Shown piece by piece: positions 36,985 to 40,202 of a DNA stretch of 40,202 bases (its first letter is position 1; each line of letters starts with the position of its first letter). Origin of the DNA: Paracoccaceae bacterium (GTDB taxonomy: Bacteria; Pseudomonadota; Alphaproteobacteria; Rhodobacterales; Rhodobacteraceae); the NCBI GenBank assembly GCA_009922885.1, contig RFUP01000001.1:1-40202 (forward strand). Direction: 5' to 3'. Below the pieces are notes generated by a model. The model was not told the DNA's origin, made no database searches, and was given only the letters and a program-made list of their open reading frames with translations. The position numbers and the translations under genes are program-made.

Positions 36985-38274
36985 ATGACCCGTGCGACCG
37001 AAGCCTTTGTGCGCCATCAAATGCTGCCTCAAGTGCCGCCGCCTTCCAGTCAGGCGGGGATCGTGAAGTGGCTGCGTGAAAATCTGTTCTCGTCCATCGG
37101 CAACTCGATCATGACCATCGCGTCTTTCTTCGCGCTTTGGTGGGCGCTGGATGCGGTTTGGCCGTGGCTGACCAATGGGGTCTGGACCACGTCTTCGCTG
37201 TCGCAATGCCGTGAGGTTTTGCAGGGCGAAGTGGGGGCCTGCTTCTCGGTTCTGGCAGAGCGTTGGAACCAGCTTCTGTTCGGGTTCAAATACCCGGCAG
37301 AGCTTTACGGACGCCCGACGGCGGCCTTCCTGTTGCTGTTTATCGCGGCGGCACCCGTCTTGTTCTACAAGACCTTCCCGCGTTACCTCCTGATCGTGAC
37401 GGCGGCATACCCTTTCATCGCCTTCTGGTTCATCTGGGGCGGTTCGATCCTCGTGCCCATCGTGGCGGCTTTGGGCATTCTGGGGGCTATGTTCGTCTTC
37501 AAGAAATACGGCAACCAGAACTTCGCGACCGGCCTTTTCGGCGGGATCGCGGCGGCTTTGGTGATCTGGTGGCTGGGGGGCAAGATCGCGGATGCGATGC
37601 CGAATTTCCTGGCTTTGCAGGAAGTTGCCAGCCGTGACATGGGCGGCTTCATGTTGAACATGATCCTTGGCGTGGTTTGCGTTTCGCTTTCCTTGCCGTT
37701 CGGGATCCTGCTCGCCTTGGGGCGGCGCTCGGACATGCTGATCATCAAGTGGATCTGCGTGCTCTTCATCGAGTTTATCCGCGGTGTGCCGCTGATTACG
37801 CTCCTCTTCGTTGCGAACGTGGTTCTGGCTTACTTCCTGCCGCCGGGCACGTCGTTCGACCTCATCCTGCGGGTGATCATCATGATCACCATGTTCTCTT
37901 CGGCCTATATCGCCGAGGTGATCCGTGGTGGCTTGGCGGCGCTTCCGAAGGGCCAATACGAGGCGGCGGATTCGCTGGGTCTCGACTACGCTCAGGCGAT
38001 GCGGCTGATCATTCTGCCGCAGGCGTTGAAGATCTCCATTCCGGGGATCGTGAACGTGGCTGTGGGGCTTTTCAAGGATACGACGCTGGTGTCGGTGATC
38101 TCGATGTTCGACCTCGTGGGTATGATCCGCGGGCCGATCCTCGGGTCGACGGCTTGGAACGGGGTGTACTGGGAACTCTTTGGTTTCGCTGCACTTTTGT
38201 TCTTCGTCGTCTGCTACGGCATCTCTCAATATTCCCAGTGGCTGGAGCGTCAGCTCCGCACCGATCATCGTTAA
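36985..38274 (+). CDS. aapM: General L-amino acid ABC transporter permease
   Basis: 429 aa, multi-TM. 'GQYEAADSLGLDYAQAMRLIILPQALKISIPG'. Starts 1 nt after the aapQ stop. Confidence 0.88.
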   Translation: MTRATEAFVRHQMLPQVPPPSSQAGIVKWLRENLFSSIGNSIMTIASFFALWWALDAVWPWLTNGVWTTSSLSQCREVLQGEVGACFSVLAERWNQLLFGFKYPAELYGRPTAAFLLLFIAAAPVLFYKTFPRYLLIVTAAYPFIAFWFIWGGSILVPIVAALGILGAMFVFKKYGNQNFATGLFGGIAAALVIWWLGGKIADAMPNFLALQEVASRDMGGFMLNMILGVVCVSLSLPFGILLALGRRSDMLIIKWICVLFIEFIRGVPLITLLFVANVVLAYFLPPGTSFDLILRVIIMITMFSSAYIAEVIRGGLAALPKGQYEAADSLGLDYAQAMRLIILPQALKISIPGIVNVAVGLFKDTTLVSVISMFDLVGMIRGPILGSTAWNGVYWELFGFAALLFFVVCYGISQYSQWLERQLRTDHR

Positions 38275-38289
38275 GAAAGGGCGCTCAAA

Positions 38290-39057
38290 ATGTCTGAACA
38301 AGCGCAAATGAAAGTCTCGGATGAGGTCGCAATCTCGATCGAGCAGATGAACAAATGGTACGGCTCGTTCCACGTGCTGCGGGATATCGACCTGACCGTG
38401 TATCGTGGCGAGCGGATCGTGATTGCCGGGCCTTCGGGCTCGGGGAAATCGACGCTGATCCGTTGCATCAACGCTCTGGAAGAACACCAGAAGGGGCGGA
38501 TCACGGTGGACGGGACGGTGCTTTCCAGCGACCTGAAGAACATCGACAAGATCCGTTCGGAAGTGGGCATGGTGTTCCAGCACTTCAACCTTTTCCCGCA
38601 TCTGACGATCCTCGAAAACTGCACGCTGGCCCCCATCTGGGTGCGCAAGATTCCGAAGCGTGAAGCGGAGGAAACGGCGATGCACTTCCTTGAAAAGGTT
38701 AAGATTCCCGAGCAAGCGCATAAATATCCGGGCCAGCTTTCGGGTGGTCAGCAGCAGCGTGTGGCGATTGCGCGCTCGCTCTGCATGAAACCGCGGATCA
38801 TGCTCTTCGACGAGCCGACTTCGGCGCTCGATCCGGAGATGATCAAGGAAGTTCTCGATACCATGGTGCAGCTGGCAGAAGAGGGCATGACCATGCTCTG
38901 CGTGACCCACGAGATGGGCTTTGCCCGCCAAGTGGCGAACCGCGTGATCTTCATGGATCAGGGCCAGATCGTGGAACAGAACGAGCCGGAAGAGTTCTTC
39001 AACAACCCGCAATCCGAGCGGACGAAGCTGTTCCTGAGCCAGATCCTGGGCCACTGA
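38290..39057 (+). CDS. aapP: General L-amino acid ABC transporter ATP-binding protein
   Basis: 255 aa. Walker A 'GPSGSGKST', signature '[13 protein letters not shown]', Walker B '[12 protein letters not shown]'. Confidence 0.92.
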   Translation: MSEQAQMKVSDEVAISIEQMNKWYGSFHVLRDIDLTVYRGERIVIAGPSGSGKSTLIRCINALEEHQKGRITVDGTVLSSDLKNIDKIRSEVGMVFQHFNLFPHLTILENCTLAPIWVRKIPKREAEETAMHFLEKVKIPEQAHKYPGQLSGGQQQRVAIARSLCMKPRIMLFDEPTSALDPEMIKEVLDTMVQLAEEGMTMLCVTHEMGFARQVANRVIFMDQGQIVEQNEPEEFFNNPQSERTKLFLSQILGH

Positions 39058-39101
39058 ACGAGGTCGTTTTCAGACCTCGGCAAAAGGTTAACAAACAAGG
39101 G

Positions 39102-39137
39102 CAGCGCGCGGGAAACCGGGCGCTGTTTTTCGATTTT
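39102..39137 (+). terminator. Rho-independent terminator after aapP (possibly bidirectional)
   Basis: Stem cagcgc-g-cgg (39102-39111) / ccg-g-gcgctg (39116-39125) with a GAAA tetraloop and one G.G mismatch, followed by tttttcgatttt. The upstream sequence acaaacaaggg would give a U/G-rich tract on the minus strand. Confidence 0.7.
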
Positions 39138-39165
39138 AAGAAAGGCGCAAAACCCGATTTCCGAA

Positions 39166-39209
39166 GCGTATGGATTGCGTATGGCATGTGTATGGCTTGC
39201 GTCATGACG
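39166..39209. repeat. 11-bp tandem direct repeat, three good copies plus one degenerate copy
   Basis: GCGTATGGATT (39166-39176), GCGTATGGCAT (39177-39187), GTGTATGGCTT (39188-39198), GCGTCATGACG (39199-39209). Confidence 0.8.
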
Positions 39210-39266
39210 TTAGTCAGTAAACGCGAGCCGTTCGGAAGGTTAGGGCGCGGGAAACCTTTCCGCGTT

Positions 39267-39767
39267 TCAGGCCATCAATTCGCGGGGAATCGCGAAGGCG
39301 AGAGGCGTGAGGCTTTGCCAGTCGAGCGCCTCCCAGCTTGGGCCATCGAAACGGGCGGCGAGGGTGGCGCAGGTCGGGAAGTCGTGAAAGGCGGGATGCG
39401 CGACGGGGGTGTTCACCAAGCGATGCGCGGCCTCGGTGGTGCCGGGATTATGGCCAAGCACGAGCACGCGAGACCCCGTCGCATGTTCGCGGATCAGGGC
39501 GGCGATCACGGCAGGGTGGGCGAGGTAAAGCTCGGGCAGGACTGTGTTTGGCACATCCGGCAGGCCGAGGCGCGCGAGCGTTTCCAGAGTGCGGGCGGCG
39601 GATGAGACGAGGACCTGATCGGGGATCAGGTTTTGATCCTTGAGCCATTGGCCCATCACGGGCGCGGAGCGGCGGCCACGCTCGTTGAGGATCCGGTCAT
39701 GGTCGGAAGCGAAGGGATCATTCCATGCCGATTTGGCGTGCCGCATGAAGAGAAGGGTTCGGCTCAT
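39267..39767 (-). CDS. Histidine phosphatase family protein (SixA-like)
   Basis: 166 aa starting 'MSRTLLFMRHAKSAW' (RHA/RHG catalytic motif), with 'VLVLGHNPG' (second catalytic His). The ORF-track start at 39899 is an Arg/Pro-rich extension overlapping the upstream gene. ATGA overlap with that gene. Confidence 0.8.
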   Translation of the reverse strand: MSRTLLFMRHAKSAWNDPFASDHDRILNERGRRSAPVMGQWLKDQNLIPDQVLVSSAARTLETLARLGLPDVPNTVLPELYLAHPAVIAALIREHATGSRVLVLGHNPGTTEAAHRLVNTPVAHPAFHDFPTCATLAARFDGPSWEALDWQSLTPLAFAIPRELMA

Positions 39768-40202
39768 TTGAACTGCTCCATGTGCCATGCGGACTGCTCG
39801 GGAAGGCGGCGACCTGCGCTGACGGGGCAGGCGCGGCGGACGGCGCAGCCTTGGGTAAGGCAGGGCGCGCCTTCGGGCGTGGCGATATAGGCGCGGCACC
39901 GGGGCACGTCATAACCTGCGGGCGTGAGCGCGCCGATGGGGCAGGCGGTGGTGCAGGGCTGCGCGCAGGTGGGGCAGACTACGGACATATCGAGCTTTCC
40001 CACCAGCGCGGCCTCAAGACTGGCATTCTTCGGGATGCGCTGCAAAGGTTCGGAGGCCTGTCCGCAGAATCCATCGGAAATCTGAATGTCAAAGCCGCAC
40101 CAGGCGATGACGAACAAAACGGCACCGGGTGGCGCACCAGGGTCTCTTTGCACGCCAACGAATCTGGGACCCTCGGTCCTTTTGCGGAGAAAACACACAC
40201 CG
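39764..40202 (-). CDS. 4Fe-4S cluster-binding protein (QueG-like ferredoxin domain); the 5' end probably lies beyond the window
   Basis: Cys clusters 'CPTCAQPCTTACPIGAL' and 'CRAYIATPEGAPCLTQGCAVRRACPV'. The frame is still open at the window edge; the first in-window start is a GTG at 40198. Confidence 0.5.
   Translation of the reverse strand, partial: GVCFLRKRTEGPRFVGVQRDPGAPPGAVLFVIAWCGFDIQISDGFCGQASEPLQRIPKNASLEAALVGKLDMSVVCPTCAQPCTTACPIGALTPAGYDVPRCRAYIATPEGAPCLTQGCAVRRACPVSAGRRLPEQSAWHMEQFK

Overview
This 40.2-kb, high-GC window is the core translation/transcription supercluster of an alphaproteobacterium. The gene order looks Rhodobacterales-like, with no infA, rpmJ or rpsD in the cluster, and with ATP12 and aapJQMP downstream. 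All plus-strand genes, in order: rpoB (5'-truncated), rpoC, a two-gene insert (glycosyltransferase-like protein plus EamA/DMT transporter), rpsL-rpsG-fusA-tuf, rpsJ-rplCDW, rplB-rpsS-rplV-rpsC-rplP, rpmC-rpsQ-rplNXE-rpsNH-rplFR-rpsE-rpmD, rplO-secY-adk, rpsM-rpsK-rpoA-rplQ. A tightly coupled housekeeping operon follows (DegP-like protease, rarA, crcB, rluC-like, HAD phosphatase, ATP12 chaperone), then the general L-amino-acid ABC transporter aapJQMP. Two minus-strand genes close the window: a SixA-like histidine phosphatase and a truncated 4Fe-4S protein. I found no rRNA, tRNA, CRISPR array, transposase, integrase or recognisable defence genes, and I cannot defend a claim of a novel multi-gene system here. 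Three things deserve a second look. (1) A lower-GC, translationally coupled glycosyltransferase-like/DMT-transporter pair sits exactly between the rpoC terminator and the rpsL promoter. (2) The S10/spc cluster is cut at non-canonical junctions (rplW|rplB, rplP|rpmC, rpmD|rplO) by 214-281-nt spacers. Each spacer carries an intrinsic terminator, a TTGnnn-N17-TAnAnn promoter with a GC-rich discriminator, and a 90-135-nt hairpin-rich leader that could be a ribosomal-protein leader RNA. The ~270-nt rpsL leader is also long and structured. (3) An 11-bp helically phased tandem repeat lies in a convergent intergenic region. The many long antisense ORFs in the ORF track are high-GC artefacts.
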